Shown here: piece after piece, positions 53,025 through 64,000 of the stretch
Layout: each line of letters starts with the position of its first letter
How positions within the stretch are numbered: position 1 is the first letter of the stretch
NCBI GenBank assembly: GCA_951406725.2
Contig: OX597818.1
Span: 23,188,001-23,252,000, forward strand
Direction of reading: 5' to 3'
Source of the DNA: Octopus vulgaris
Taxonomy: Eukaryota
DNA: 64,000 nt
The notes under the pieces: model-generated
Database searches by the model: none
What the model saw: the letters and a program-made list of their open reading frames with translations, nothing else
What the model was told of the DNA's origin: nothing
Made by a program: the position numbers and the translations under genes

Positions 53025-54835
53025 TCATCATCATCATCATCGTTTAACGTCCATTTTCTATGCTGGCATGGGTTGGACAGTTTGACTGGGGACTGGCAAG
53101 CCAGGATGCTGCACCAGGCTCCAATCTGATCTGGCAATGTTTCGACAGCTGGATGCCCTTCTTAACACCAGCCACTCCGAGACTGTAGTGGGTGCTTTTT
53201 ATGTGCCACCAGCATGGGAGCCAGTCAGGCAGCACAGGCATCAGCCATGTTTGGATGGTGCTTTTTATGTGCTACCAGCACAGGAGCCAGTCGAGATGGT
53301 TGAGCTGGCATTGATCTTGTTTGGATGGTGCTTTTTACATGCCACTGGCACAGGGAGCCACTGTCACTGGCAACAACTCATGCATGAATGGTGCAAATTG
53401 CATGCTACCAGCACAGGAGCCAGTTAGGTGGCATTGGCATCAGCCACAACTACAATTTCCATTTTTGATTTCGATTTGATTGAGTTCTGATTGTGATCTT
53501 GGTTTTTGATTTTGACTTTACTCGACTCAATAGCTTTTCTCAAGCATGACGGTGTTGCCCAACAATTCAAAGGTACTTTTTAAATGGGCCGGTTATGCAA
53601 CACTGATATAGGTTATGGCTGTGATCTCACTTTACTTGCTAGGTCTTCTCATCACAGCATATCTCCAGAGGTCTCGGTCTCTTGTCATTGCATCTGTGAG
53701 GCCCAATGTTCAAAGGTCATGCTTCACCACCACATCCCATATCTTCCTAGGTCTCCCTCTTCCATGGGTTCCTTCCACTGTTAGGGAATGACACTTCGCA
53801 CAGCTCTCCTCATTCATACACATCACATGACCATACCAGCACAGCCTTCCTTCTTGCACACCACATCTGATGCTTCTAATGTCCAACATTTCTCTCAGGG
53901 CACTTACACTTTGTTGTGTGTGCACACTGGGTCAGGATTTGACAGGCTCTCCTCTTCTCATTCTCCACATTCAGCAGCCTTTCGTAATGGCATCTCCAAG
54001 CCTCTTTCTTTGCAGAATCATTAAAAGCAAGTGTAGTGTCATCCATGCAGATACATTTCTCTCCTGTAACATCATAATTTTCTCTTACACACTGTCTTGC
54101 ATCCGGAATACTTCAGTTCTTTAGTCCTCATGTCACTGAATATTGGCAAACTTCTTCTTTTCTACTTCTCCATTGGCTATATACGCCTGTCTCCCAGCCT
54201 CCCTTCTGGCTATCTGGTACAGTTCCTTGCTACACCCACTCTTCCAGGTTTTCTAGGCTTGTTTCTTTGTTCTAATGGCTTTGTCTACTGTATTATTACA
54301 CCACCACAATACCCTAGGTCTGGAAGGGACTTTGCATCAGCTGCAAATTTGGTCTGTGGCACTCAGTAAGCTGTCACGTAGGAATTTCCAGTTACCATCT
54401 ATGTCACAAGTCTGCAGCTCTTCCTCCCTCCCATCAAATTTCTCAGTGACGATGTCCCTAAATCTCTGACCATGTGAAGGGTTCTTTAGCTTCCAAATCC
54501 TTCTTTTCTGGATTGGTCTGCTTCTTGGCAACCTTCTGGCCTCGAGTCTGAAGTCATTCATGGCTAGTCTATACTGGAGGGTACATTCTTCACCAGAGAG
54601 GGTCTTTGTATTTAAGAGCAACTATGCATCCCACTGTCCGGTGAAGATGAAATCAATCTGGCTAGCAGAGTCACCTGCTTGATAGGTTATCAGGTGGCTG
54701 ACTGGGTTCCTGAGTTTGGTGTTGCAGATTAATAGGTTGCTTGCATCACAGAACTCCAGTAGCCTAGTTTTAGAAACCAATTCCATGACCCCTGTGAACA
54801 CCATGGAAGATACTATATTGCTGTCCAACATGCCC
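53025..54835 (-). mobile_element. Older RTE LINE relative with the RT domain internally deleted
   Basis: Endonuclease/linker (LLEFCD, SQIDF, ATDQIC, HYERLLN) is joined directly at ~53930 to the C-terminal SVHTQQSV...GRGRPRKIW and 3' UTR. Confidence 0.88.
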
Positions 54836-55279
54836 CATATTACCTTTAGTAATTAAAATAACAAGTATTTTGTACTTGATACAAAGGTCTTATATCTTAG
54901 AAGAATGAAAAAGAGAAGTATGTAATACTTGTGCCTTTCTCATGATTTCAATAACCATATTTGATGGTATAAAAAGTGCATGGACACTAAAGATGTCCTT
55001 TAGTTTCAGCAGTGCATATTTGAGATGAAAAAAAGTTTCAAGTGCATTAAAAAATGTTATATATAAAGCAATGTAGTAGTACATTAATTTGCATATAGGA
55101 CCTGAGCTGGTTTTTTGAGAAACATTTTGGAAAAAAAAACAGTGTGTCTTATATACAAGTGTATAGCAGAGAAACAAGTGAAATCAAAACAGAGGATGCA
55201 CTAAAAATGCTGACATAGAAAGCATCAGTATTAAAATCAGTGCAATATTTTCTTTTTGTTCCTTAATTTGATGACTTAC

Positions 55280-55371
55280 GTTAGTTTGTGTTTTAATGAT
55301 TTTCTTTCCTCTTTCTCACAATCTTTCTTCCATCGATTCCACAGAGATAATAGCAGCACCAATTGATTAAA
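55280..55371 (-). CDS. Adhesion-type GPCR exon (end of TM5, ICL3)
   Basis: Acceptor TCTTCTGTCTTTAG; FNQLVLLLSLWNRWKKDCEKEERKSLKHKL+AC; donor GTAAGT; phases 0/2 fit both neighbours. Confidence 0.85.
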
Positions 55372-55444
55372 CTAAAGACAGAAGAGAACAGTTATGAAAG
55401 AATAAGAAAATCTCACAGGTTAATTTTTAAATTTAAAATTAATT

Positions 55445-55544
55445 CAGAGGAATTCTAAGATTTTGTTTTAAAATTTCAGAAGAATTGTAAGGTTTTGTTA
55501 TAAAATTTCAGAGGAATTCTAAGGTTTTGTTTTAAAATTTCAGA
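55445..55544. repeat. Minisatellite, 32-bp unit x3
   Basis: CAGAGGAATTCTAAG(A/G)TTTTGTTTTAAAATTT repeated three times plus CAGA. Confidence 0.9.
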
Positions 55545-56156
55545 CCCATTTTTTTTTAATGTCATGTTTGAATGAGTCCTTTTAATTATATATTCTTCAA
55601 ACAACTGCTTTTGTTCCTGGATGATCTTTCTTTTATAAAACATTCACGCATAAATTTCAAACAGAATCTGTCTATCCAGCTAGGTAAAGTGAAACAGTTA
55701 GAGGTATATACCTTCCCGATAATTTTAAAATGTTTGTGCACACACATGTATGTGGGGGGGGGAGGCATGTGGCTTAGTTGGTAGGGTTGCACTCTTGATC
55801 TTGCAACTGTGGTTCGATTCTCAAACTGGTAGATGATGTATACATCATTATCGTCGTCATTTAACATCCACCTTCCATGCTGGCAACATACATACATCTA
55901 TGTATGTGGGTGGGTGTATGTGTGTATGTATGTATGTATTCATATATATTGGTCCAAAGATCATATAACCAAAAAAGAAGCACACTCCAAAACATTAGAG
56001 TAGTAATATTTAGAAGGTTGTTCATTATAGGTAACTTGTTAGAAACAAATGGCCTGAATCTGACGAGTCACCTGTACAGCTAAGTGGCTTAGATATGCGA
56101 AACCAAAAGCCACTCTCTGACCATAATAAACAGCCTTCTAAATGTATTGCATATAT

Positions 56157-56670
56157 ATCATCATCATCATCATCTTCGTTTAGCGTCCGCTTTCCATGCT
56201 AGAATGGGTTGGACGGTTCAACTGGGGTCTGGGAAGCCAGAAGACTGCACCAGGCCCAGTCTGATCTGGCAATGTTTCTACGGCTGGATGCCCTTCCTAA
56301 CGCCAACCACTCCATGAGTGTAGTGGGTGCTTTTTACATGCCACCGGCACAGGTGCCAGACGAGGCTAGAAAACAGCCACGATCAGATGGTATTTTTTAC
56401 ATGCCACCGGCACGGGGGCCAGGCAAGGCTGGCAATGGCCACAATCGGATGGTGCTTTTTACATGCCACCGGCATGAGGCCAGTCGGGGCGGCGCTGGCA
56501 ATGGCCACGTTCGGATGGTTCTCTTACGTACCACCGGCACTGGTATCACAGCTGCAATTTCCATTGATGTTGATCGATTTCGATTTTCACTTGCCTCAAC
56601 AGGTCTTCATAACAGGTCTTTGCCTCAACAGGTCTTCACAACAGGTCTTTGCCTCAACAGGTCTTCACAA
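56157..56670 (-). mobile_element. RTE LINE 3' UTR copy with tandemly reiterated 5' junction
   Basis: Matches 21317-21790; ends in repeats of GCCTCAACAGGTCTTCA(C/T)AACAGGTCTTT at 56591-56670. Confidence 0.88.
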
Positions 56671-56682
56671 GCTATTTTTTTA

Positions 56683-56904
56683 TTACCCACAAGGGGCTAA
56701 ACACAGTGGGGACAAACAAGGACAGACATACGTATTATGTCGATTCCATCGACCCCAGTGCGTAACTGGTACTTATTTAATCGACCCCGAAAAGATGAAA
56801 GGCAAAGTCAACCTCGGCGGAATTTGAACTCAGAACGTAGAGGCAGACGAAATACTGCTAAGCATTTCGCCCAGTGTGCTAACGTTTCAGCCAGCTTGCC
56901 GCCT
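56683..56904 (-). mobile_element. Well-preserved tRNA-derived SINE
   Basis: Minus strand GGCGGCAAGCTGGCTGAAACGTTAG...TTCTGAGTTCAAATTCCGCCGAGGTTGACTTTGCCTTTCATC..CGGGGTCGATTAAATAAGTACC; CpG-rich, so recent. Confidence 0.85.
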
Positions 56905-58598
56905 TTTACTCATGAGTAAAATATTGTAATGTGTTTATGCAGAACCCCTTTGTTATAATGTATAATGTTATAATGCAGCTCTGGTTGTGAAACCAAGAGT
57001 GCATTGGTTATTTCCCTTGTATCGTCACACTTGCATCTTTAAAAGTAATGGTTTCTAAAGTGAAAGTAGAGAATTAAGGTATTGGCAAAGATTATTTAGT
57101 AAATGGTATTGAGAATTGGAAGCAGAGCTGACGCAATTGAAGGATGTTGTAGGGAAAATGGAGCGAGAAAGAGATGCAAAACTTAAATATAATCTTTATA
57201 TCTTTTATTTGTTCCAGTTGTTGGAATGCAACTGAGCCGGGGCATCACCTTAAACGTTGTAGGTGAACTTATTCCATCATTTTCTTTTCCTGAACTACAA
57301 AGTTTCTGGGATGTAGACAAACCAATACTGGTTGTCAAGTGGTAGTGGTGACAAACAAACACACACACACAACACAACACACACACACACACACACACAC
57401 ACATCAATCAATTATTCACAAGTCCAAAAAAGCATACTCTAAGAATTTTTTTAGTTGCAATATTTAAAGTAGTTGATGGTTATGAATGGACAGAATGTTA
57501 CTGTTAGTTTCACATTTATTATTGCTCTTAGCAATATAGATGACTCATCAGACCTGCTGCTGGAGGCTCATAGCCTCTTTACTAATGGAAGTAAGAATAC
57601 AGTTTGATCAGCAAGAGCGTGAAAAAAAAACTAAACAAACAAAACCGTGTAAAGTGAGAACTATATCGGGACAAGATGGAGTTATCTCCCTTTAACCCAT
57701 TTCAGTTGTGTTCAAGAAGAATCGTGTATGATTTCCGTTCACTTGGAAATTTTCTTTCATGGGAGCACTGACTGAACATTTCATTTTTGGAAACCATGAG
57801 AGAAAATTTGTAATGGAAATGTAGAATTGCCTGTTTACTGAATGGAAATCATGTACAAGTTATGGTATTCTTCTTTTAACTATGCCTGATTTATAAAATA
57901 TGATTGTAGAAGCAATGTTTGATCTACCTTCTTCCATTCCTATATATATTCTATGCCCCATTGTAGATTTGGTCATAGTAGTGATGTCTTTTATGTATAC
58001 AACTGATTTGATATTGCATGACTAGTTGTGCAGACATGCATTCGTATTTCTGCAGATGTAATTTTAACTTTGAAAATGTTATAGCTAATTACTTTAATCC
58101 ACTTACTCAGAATTCCCCATCTGCATACATTTACATGGCAACAATATGCAGGTGAGAAATTTCAGAGGGGTTGCTTTTCTGAGCATAAGCGTTAAAGTGT
58201 TCAATGAGGGTGAAGAGAGGAATTCAATGATCAGATTGAGTTCTTTAATGTGTAAGTAAATTATATCAGCAGGTAATCAAACTGCACATTTATTATTTAA
58301 ACTGAACACTAATGTCACCAATCTCCAAATGAGTACACAAACACTTGGACATTGTTCCGTTTCATGAGAACTTATTCATTGATACTTATTTGACCTACGC
58401 TGGATAAAATAACTCTTAAATACATATATGCGTACTTATAGAGGAAGCTTTGTTTCTAGATTAGAGAGCAGCTCTTTCTCTGTTGAAAACTTTTTTAAAC
58501 AAAACCAGGACAAACATAATGTCACAGATGCAGTTCTGTCACCTGCATAATGTCAATGATGCCTGAATTACTGACCAATAATGGCATTTTATACTTAC

Positions 58599-58659
58599 AC
58601 CAAGTATACAATAGACAGGTCCCATGAAAATCCATTGCGTCCATTCTGTAAGCCAACAT
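58599..58659 (-). CDS. Adhesion-type GPCR exon (ECL2 CWL, TM5)
   Basis: Acceptor GTTGCAG, phase 2; CWLTEWTQWIFMGPVYCILG; donor GTAAGT; CWL and FxGPV are class B/aGPCR signatures. Confidence 0.9.
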
Positions 58660-59549
58660 CTGCAACAGAGCCAAGCAGTTGAATAAAATACATTCTAACA
58701 AAGATTTAATTCAAACAAGTTAAAAATACCAATTTTTCTCAGCAGAACATCATACATAAGAGAGACCGATTTTATAATTATTGTCCTAAAGCTAACTTAC
58801 TTTCAAAACAAGTTTTAACTAAACTATTATTTAAAAATGCTTCTTTGTGAGTATCAGCATTTCAAATTTCATACTTATCAATATTAACTTTGATTTTGCT
58901 TTTTGAGATGCTTTTTGCAGCTGCCATTATCATCATCATCATCATCATCATCATCATTTTAATATCCATTTCTCCATAAGTGAATGAGTTGGATGAAATT
59001 TGTTGGGAAGGATTTTTCTATGTCTGGATGCCATTCCTGTCACCAACACTCACCTGTCTCCAAGAAAGGTAATATTTCCCTGTGATCAGACAAGTTTTCA
59101 AGGAATATGGGAAATGAAAGCCATCATTTGTATGATATTGAAGTTTATTTACAATTATCATGTGAAGCCTAGGCCAGGAGACAGTAACATACAGACACAC
59201 ATATGCAATTACATGCACAGATACACAGACACGCATGCATGCACATACACACACACAATGTATGTCCCTGGACACATGTATATGCACACACACACATATG
59301 ATAGGCTCCTTTCAGTTACCCTTTCCAAAATCCACTCACAAGGCTTTAGTCAACCCAGAGCTATAGTAGAAGACTTTTGCTCAAAGTGCTGCACTGTAGT
59401 AGGGCTGAACCCAAGACCATATAGTTGGGAAGCAAGCTTCTTAACCACACAGCCACACCTACATCTTTATAATTTTATATATATTAGCAACAGAGGAAGA
59501 ATTTTTCAAGCTACAAATTCTGAAGTATAGTTACAAAATATTTACTTAC

Positions 59550-59680
59550 ATTTTTCCATTAATGAGATTATCAGGATAATACAAGAGAATTGGGATAATA
59601 CCAGCCCAAGGTATGCCATACCCCACTATAACATACATAATACGCCGAAAATGTTTACTTCCATGGATACCTATTGTACA
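59550..59680 (-). CDS. Adhesion-type GPCR exon (ICL2, TM4, ECL2)
   Basis: Acceptor TCTTCTTCAG; CTIGIHGSKHFRRIMYVIVGYGIPWAGIIPILLYYPDNLINGK+AT; donor GTAAGT; YxxxGYGxP matches TM4 G(W/Y)GxP. Confidence 0.9.
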
Positions 59681-60159
59681 CTGAAGAAGATGATAAAAAA
59701 AAAACGGAAACATTTGTAAATATACACAGTTAAATATTTTTTCAATATTTTCAAACAGAAATGCATATGTATTAAATTAGAAATATTTTAGTGACTGAAA
59801 ATATTTTTTTAAATGCTGAATTGTGCTTTAGGAAGTAAATATAGAAGGAAACTTCAGAAAAATGTGCAATATCTTTCCAAATTTTTAGAAAACTATAATA
59901 CATAAGTTATTAAACTTGATTTCTACAAAGGATTGATGTGGGGAAAAATTCAGTCATATTAAAGCCTAGACCTATGGCAATAAAGATAAAATTAGGTCTA
60001 GTCTTTGAACAACTACTCAGTTAAATTCTTGGAATGAAAAACATTTACACAGAGTGATTTTTATCTCTTAATATACAGCATATGTTTGATGTTAGCAACT
60101 TTACGAATATGCACATAAAAGGTTGTTTGCGATAGACAATGTGGTAATTAATAATTGCT

Positions 60160-60830
60160 TCTAATTTAGACACAAGGCCAGCAAATTTAAGGGTAAAGGA
60201 CAGTTGATAATATCAAACCCAGTTTTTAATTGATACTTTATTTCATCAACCCTGAAAGGCTGAAAAGCAAAGCTTATCTCAATAGCATTTGAAATTAGAA
60301 TTGGCAGAAATACTGCAAGGTATTCTTGACAATTCTCCTGGATTGTAACTTTTGGTTTCTGATTTAGGAAAAAGGCCAATTTTTTTGACCCTGAAAAGAG
60401 GAAAGACAAAGTTGACTTCAGTCAGTTTTCAATGTAAAGAGCTGGAAGAAATGCTGCTAAGGTTTTTATTGGATGACTAATGATTCTGCCAGCTCATTGA
60501 CCCCAGGGTGATTAAAGGCAAAGTTAACCTCAAATGGATTTGAACTCGGAATGTAAAGAGCTGGAATGAATGTTGCAAAGTATTTTTCAGATGCCCCAAT
60601 GATTCTGCCAGCTTGCTACCAATTATAGCTTTTTATTAAGGCAGAAAGCAACCAATTTGGGGGAGGAAAGGGTTAGTCGATGTCATCAATCCCGTGCTTG
60701 ACAAGTACTTTATGGTAATGACCCTGAATGAGTGAAAGGTAAAGTTGACCATGGCAGTATTTTGATTCAGAATGTAAAGAGCCAGAAAAAAAATTTCTGG
60801 TGCACTAATAATTCTATTAGCTCACTAGTA
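60160..60830 (-). mobile_element. Cluster of ~4 diverged SINE copies in tandem
   Basis: Repeated CCCTGAAAGG..AAAGGCAAAGTTGAC..GAATGTAAAGAG..GATTCTGCCAGCT units. Confidence 0.75.
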
Positions 60831-60841
60831 ACAATTCTGAC

Positions 60842-61020
60842 CTAACCCTTTTTAATTAATCATGCATTATCCTGTAGCTTCAAGATTTTGATGATGTGAT
60901 TGTATATTTTTAGAATGACAATGTAGGCTAGGTATGAGAAGCTAGATCTAGCCAGTATGAACATAAAAACAAGTAAAATATTTTAGCCAGATATGGCCAG
61001 TTTAAATGCTAAAGGGCTAA
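60842..61020. mobile_element. piggyBac-type MITE remnant
   Basis: CTAACCCTTT at left and AAAGGGCTAA at right resemble degenerate TTAA|CCCTTT...AAAGGG|TTAA ends. Confidence 0.45.
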
Positions 61021-61372
61021 ACATAAGAAGTTTATGTTCAAAGTGGATAGTTTATTCTTTATGGTAGATAATATCAATGGTGTCTTTAATTAGTTGTGGT
61101 ATACCCTTTTAGATCACTTACAAATTTATCAGAACCTGATGAATTATCTCTGGGTGTCTTCAATTGCTTTCTTATCCAAGTGCATGTGAGCAGTTTGAAA
61201 TGGGACAGTAAGATATGACTAATCACCTTTTCACAAAAACCTTGGTAATCATATCATACATAGTTTTAAGCATTTTCATCTAAGACATTTAATACTAGCA
61301 AATAATTTTATTATTGCAATCGGAATTATATCAACATTCTATATAATCAAAATATAAACATGAGTTACTCAC

Positions 61373-61465
61373 ATCTGCTAATTTCCAACAGGCAAAAAGA
61401 AACATCCAACTATATGCTGATGTGAACAGAAACACTATTGCCACAGTTGCAGCTATACAGAAGCC
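61373..61465 (-). CDS. Adhesion-type GPCR exon (TM3); most 5' exon found
   Basis: Acceptor TTACAG; GFCIAATVAIVFLFTSAYSWMFLFACWKLAD; donor GTGAGT; conserved TM3 Cys and WM; phase 0/0. Confidence 0.87.
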
Positions 61466-61799
61466 CTGTAATTGATAAAATAAAATTAAATTAAATAAAA
61501 AAAAATAAGCCTACAATACAATGATGACTTCACAAAAAGCAATGTTTCATGTAACATGCAAACAGTTTCGTTGTTGATTTTACTGGGAGGTCAATTGAAA
61601 AACATAAAAACCATTGACTGAAATACGTTGCAACCTTACAAACTATTACAGATGGTACAGTTTTCCCCTTTAGTGAAACATGTTCATTCTGAGGAAACCT
61701 CTAAAATAGGTAATATATTGCATTTAAAATTGTTGAAGCCAACAAATTATGTGTTGAGATATTGTAAAATATTGTAAAAAAGCTATGCAGAGAGAATAT

Positions 61800-61968
61800 A
61801 TCATCATCATCATCATCGTTTAGCGTCCATTCTCCATGCTAGCATGGGTTGGACCGGGGATCTGGGAAGCCAGAAGGCTGCACCAGGCTCCAGTCTTATC
61901 TGGCAATGTTTCTACAGCTGGATGCCCTTCCTAACGCCAACCACTCCGTGAGTGTAGTGGGTGCTTTT
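61800..61968 (-). mobile_element. Short RTE LINE 3' UTR copy
   Basis: Near-identical to 21317-21495. Confidence 0.85.
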
Positions 61969-62269
61969 TGTATGTGTATATATATTCCCAAAGGAGATAA
62001 TAGTCACATCTAACCAGACATGTTCCTGCTCTCTAGGAATACAATCATTTTTGTGTATGTAAAGAAACCTATACTGATTGTCAAGTGTGTGTGTGTGGTG
62101 GGGACAAGTGCAAAGATACACTTACACACACATACATGAATATAAATACAATGGGTATCTACATAGTTTCCATTAACCAAATTCATTCACAAAGCATTGG
62201 TCAGCTTGGGGTATAATAAAAGATATTTGCCCAAGGTACCATGCATTGGGATTGAACCCATCTAATCTC

Positions 62270-63465
62270 ATCTTTTTCACCCATTTATTCTTGGGAGGGT
62301 CATGGAGGCAGAGTCCTTAAGCATGCCTTCCAATTGGGTCCTATCAGAAACAAATGTCTCTTCTTGATCCGGCTGGATCCCCAAGCAAGACCAACTGAAC
62401 TCATGGATGTTATTCAGACATCTTGCTTGTAGTCTAGCTCTGGCAGTGGCGGTTCATGTATGGCACTGCAAAACTGCAGCACCCACTATTTCCACTCGAT
62501 ATTATTGATAACATTCAATATAATGAGTCCTTTTTTCTTCAATTTTTTCTTTATACTTGTACATTATATAATCCCTAAGCCTAATGTCAGTAGCCATCCC
62601 CTAATTTATAGAAAAAATACAAAAATTCTTGTATAGAACTGTGTGCTTCACAGTTCCAGCAACACAGTGTTTGGCTGTTGTGCACACACTCACATGTCCA
62701 AGATAGGAAGCTTCGCACTAGGGAGAGAGAGCACTGTGGTTCATGCAGTGCCGACCCTTGTGTGCTGGTGAAAGGCAGTGTGTCTTTTTGACTCCGCTTG
62801 TGTTGTGCTTAAAAACGTGTTTATATTCTTGAATGTGATAAAGTGTAGAATTAGATTATTATCCTGCTTCCAATTAGTGTTGCTGCCAGGATTTGAAAAA
62901 TAGAGCAGACTTTCCTCCCTTATTTTGTGATTTAGTGGGAATTTTTGAAAAACAAGGGGTAATTCGCAGCAGTGTTCAGTGAACAAATTAAACATACTAC
63001 CCGGCAGTGGCTAAAATATGAACCGATCAAGTTTAGGTATAAATTTTCTTTTTATTTGTTTGTTTCTTTTTAACAATATTAAAACAACAGCTATAAATTT
63101 TCTGAAGCAGCATCCCCACTAATTTTATCTATGAGCTACCACTGAGCTCTGGGTCTCCTGCTGGATGGTTTCGTCCATAAAACTTGTCCAGCAATTGTTT
63201 TCTGAGACATCCTTACCACACGTCTGTAATATCGGATTTGTGATCTCTCAATTTGAAGAAGAAGCGACTTCACCTAGAGCACCTCTCTTATCTCTGAGCT
63301 TCACACTCTGTCGAGTAAACGTTACTCCAAAGACCCTTCAGAGGAACCCCCTTTCAGGTGCTTGTATTTGCGATCGTATTCTTTCGGTCATTACACAAGA
63401 TTCATGACCGTATATAAGGCACAAACACTGAATTGAAGATGGCATGTTTGGTTTTTATATGTAAC
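62270..63465 (-). mobile_element. Rex3/Expander-like RTE LINE 3' fragment, split by a hAT MITE
   Basis: KTKHAIFNSVFVP..YGHESCVMTERIRSQIQA...LLLQIERSQIRYY..V.RM...KPSSRRPRA|RLQARCLNNIHEFSWSCLGIQP is continuous once 62444-63152 is removed. Confidence 0.85.
62444..63144. mobile_element. Non-autonomous hAT element (701 bp) with perfect 8-bp TSD
   Basis: TIRs CAGTGGCGGTTCAT / ATGAGCTACCACTG; TSD AGCTCTGG at 62436-62443 and 63145-63152; subterminal GCAGCA(T)CCC(C)ACTA near both ends. Confidence 0.92.
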
Positions 63466-64000
63466 TCCCTTCTCCCTTCCTCTATATTGAACTCAGTTGT
63501 TCAATACTTTTTTTTGATATGCCTGACCACTCATCACGTCAGTTCTTCAGCAGTTTTCTGTAATTTTTGTTAGTTCCTGCCAACCAATTCTATTGTCAAA
63601 TGAAGTTTACCCCTACAATCTTTTTTCCTTACTTTACACTATTCTTAACATTTTTGCCAACACATACTCACTCCATCCTCTCCCCACACATTATTTTTCA
63701 CTACTCTGAAGTTTCTATCCGTCCTCTTCCATCTATCCATCCTCTTCTCCATTTCCACTTTATTTGTGCGTGGACCAATTCACCTGATCTTGTTTTTCAT
63801 TGCTCTCAATGCTCTTGCTAACATCAGCCCTTGTTTCTGGATCCAGCAGTTCAAATGACCTGGGTCTTGTAATTTTAATCATGCAGTACTTCCTATCTGC
63901 CCTTTGACATTACTCCTAAAACCCTTTCATTTTATCATTTCTATTGAATCCGAATAATAAGACGACTATTTTTAACATCATTACTTTCTTCGCATTTCAC

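Noticed and set aside
54890-55177. Extra GPCR exon in the 95-aa minus ORF
   Set aside because: Flanking exons already join in phase with a complete TM5-TM6 path; no 7TM motif.
59672-59722. Hammerhead-like CTGAAGA...GAAAC with flanking complementarity
   Set aside because: It is the reverse complement of the GPCR exon acceptor and polypyrimidine tract; stem II cannot form.
61210-61265. Minus-strand MYDMITKVFVK as an ICL2 exon
   Set aside because: No good splice sites, and the TM3 and TM4 exons join directly in phase 0.

Overview
AT-rich, repeat-dense eukaryotic genomic DNA with spliceosomal introns. The SINE/LINE families and microsatellite load resemble an Octopus (coleoid cephalopod) genome; this is inferred from recalled repeat families, not from a search. 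Two convergent host genes are supported. The first is a + strand, two-coding-exon BTB-BACK gene (BTBD17 family, 483 aa; 30469-30825 + 33472-34566), possibly with a CpG-rich promoter/first exon near 1-590 and a long repeat-poor 3' UTR. The second is a - strand adhesion-type (class B2) GPCR that the ORF track largely misses: six small phase-compatible exons (61465 to 49462) give TM3-TM7 plus the C-tail (222 aa), and its 5' part was not found in the window. The rest is transposon debris: RTE LINEs (one nearly intact, with a PHD finger inside the RT region), BovB-like and CR1/Jockey-like fragments, three mariners, Tigger, Helitron, a hAT MITE with 8-bp TSD, piggyBac/Tc1-like MITEs, tRNA-derived SINEs, and several long foldbacks and hammerhead-core relics probably derived from Penelope-like elements. 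I cannot demonstrate a wholly new biological system. The best leads are the divergent GPCR, the PHD-in-RT LINE, and the near-perfect 126-bp-arm hairpin whose loop resembles a fused hammerhead core.
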